A program made the position numbers and the translations under genes. This document shows, piece by piece, positions 37,194-37,558 of a DNA stretch of 37,558 nt. The stretch is from a virus (lineage: Duplodnaviria; Heunggongvirae; Uroviricota; Caudoviricetes). The notes under the pieces were generated by a model that did not search any database, had not been told where the DNA came from, and saw only the letters and a list, made by a program, of their open reading frames with translations. The first letter of the stretch is position 1, and each line of letters begins with the position of its first letter. The DNA lies in the IMG/VR virus record IMGVR_UViG_2698536484_000025; one strand, written 5' to 3'.

Positions 37194-37558
37194 TTAAACG
37201 CTCGCTACATTATACCAGGTGCCATTTATATACTTTTGAACGGGTCTGTAATAAACGCCAGCTATATTATCGGCAGAATTTGACCCTGTATCCTGAACAT
37301 TTATACCAGACAATACATGACCTGAAGGGCACTGGAAGTTCCATGTTTGCCAGTTGTTCACACCATAATATTGCTGTGAGCCAAGCCGAACATCTTTCAC
37401 ATATCGGGAATCAATGTTACCCCAGTTGCTTGGTTGTATCTGACCGTTTACAGCAAATATCACCGAGTTATCTGTATTTCGCTGACTATAGAAATGCCAG
37501 CCTGAATCATCACCAAGCTCTGCAACAGTTGGTCTTGACGAATTTCCCCACAAGTTAA
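37194..37558 (-). CDS. alternative tail fibre C-terminal segment Sv' (3' part only; ORF runs off the window)
   Basis: C-terminus [12 protein letters not shown] parallels Sv; open at the window end. Confidence 0.75.
   Translation of the reverse strand, partial: NLWGNSSRPTVAELGDDSGWHFYSQRNTDNSVIFAVNGQIQPSNWGNIDSRYVKDVRLGSQQYYGVNNWQTWNFQCPSGHVLSGINVQDTGSNSADNIAGVYYRPVQKYINGTWYNVASV

Larger units (their letters stand above)
34531..37558. mobile_element. invertible C segment (left part): Sv-U in expressed orientation, U'-Sv' inverted; right cix and cin lie beyond the window
   Basis: Paralogous U (plus) and U' (minus) converge on a shared hairpin; Sv' runs off the window end on the minus strand. 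Confidence 0.65.

Overview
This window reads as a P1-family phage-plasmid (Escherichia phage P1-like) segment, almost entirely backbone, with one AT-rich three-gene island (about 22150-24300) as the best candidate for an undescribed system. All calls rest on reading the sequence and the ORF track plus recalled P1 biology; no database search was run, and P1 gene names are given as the most likely equivalents. Left to right: (1) a cluster of three minus-strand tRNA genes (1154-1402) embedded in repeated stem-loop or tRNA-fragment elements; (2) a minus-strand operon for a fused C5-cytosine plus Dam-type N6-adenine methyltransferase (dmt) and an RdgC homolog (hrdC); (3) small plus-strand genes including a PAAR-like protein and an overlapped spanin-like pair; (4) the plasmid replicon oriR (DnaA boxes, five GATC, five incC iterons), repA, nine incA iterons, then parA, parB, parS; (5) major head, tail sheath and tube-like genes; (6) the lytic replicon repL-kilA with its C1 operator, and the immI region ant-icd-c4; (7) the AT-rich island, divergent from immI, encoding a small multi-TM protein, a secreted protein and a membrane protein with a C-terminal SH3b-like domain; (8) a baseplate and injection module (sit transglycosylase, W/J/I-like), tail fibre R-S-U and the start of the invertible C segment (cixL inside S; inverted U' and Sv'). 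The island sits where P1 carries its superimmunity (sim) locus, but I could not match its proteins to anything I recognise. No CRISPR array, rRNA or transposase was seen.
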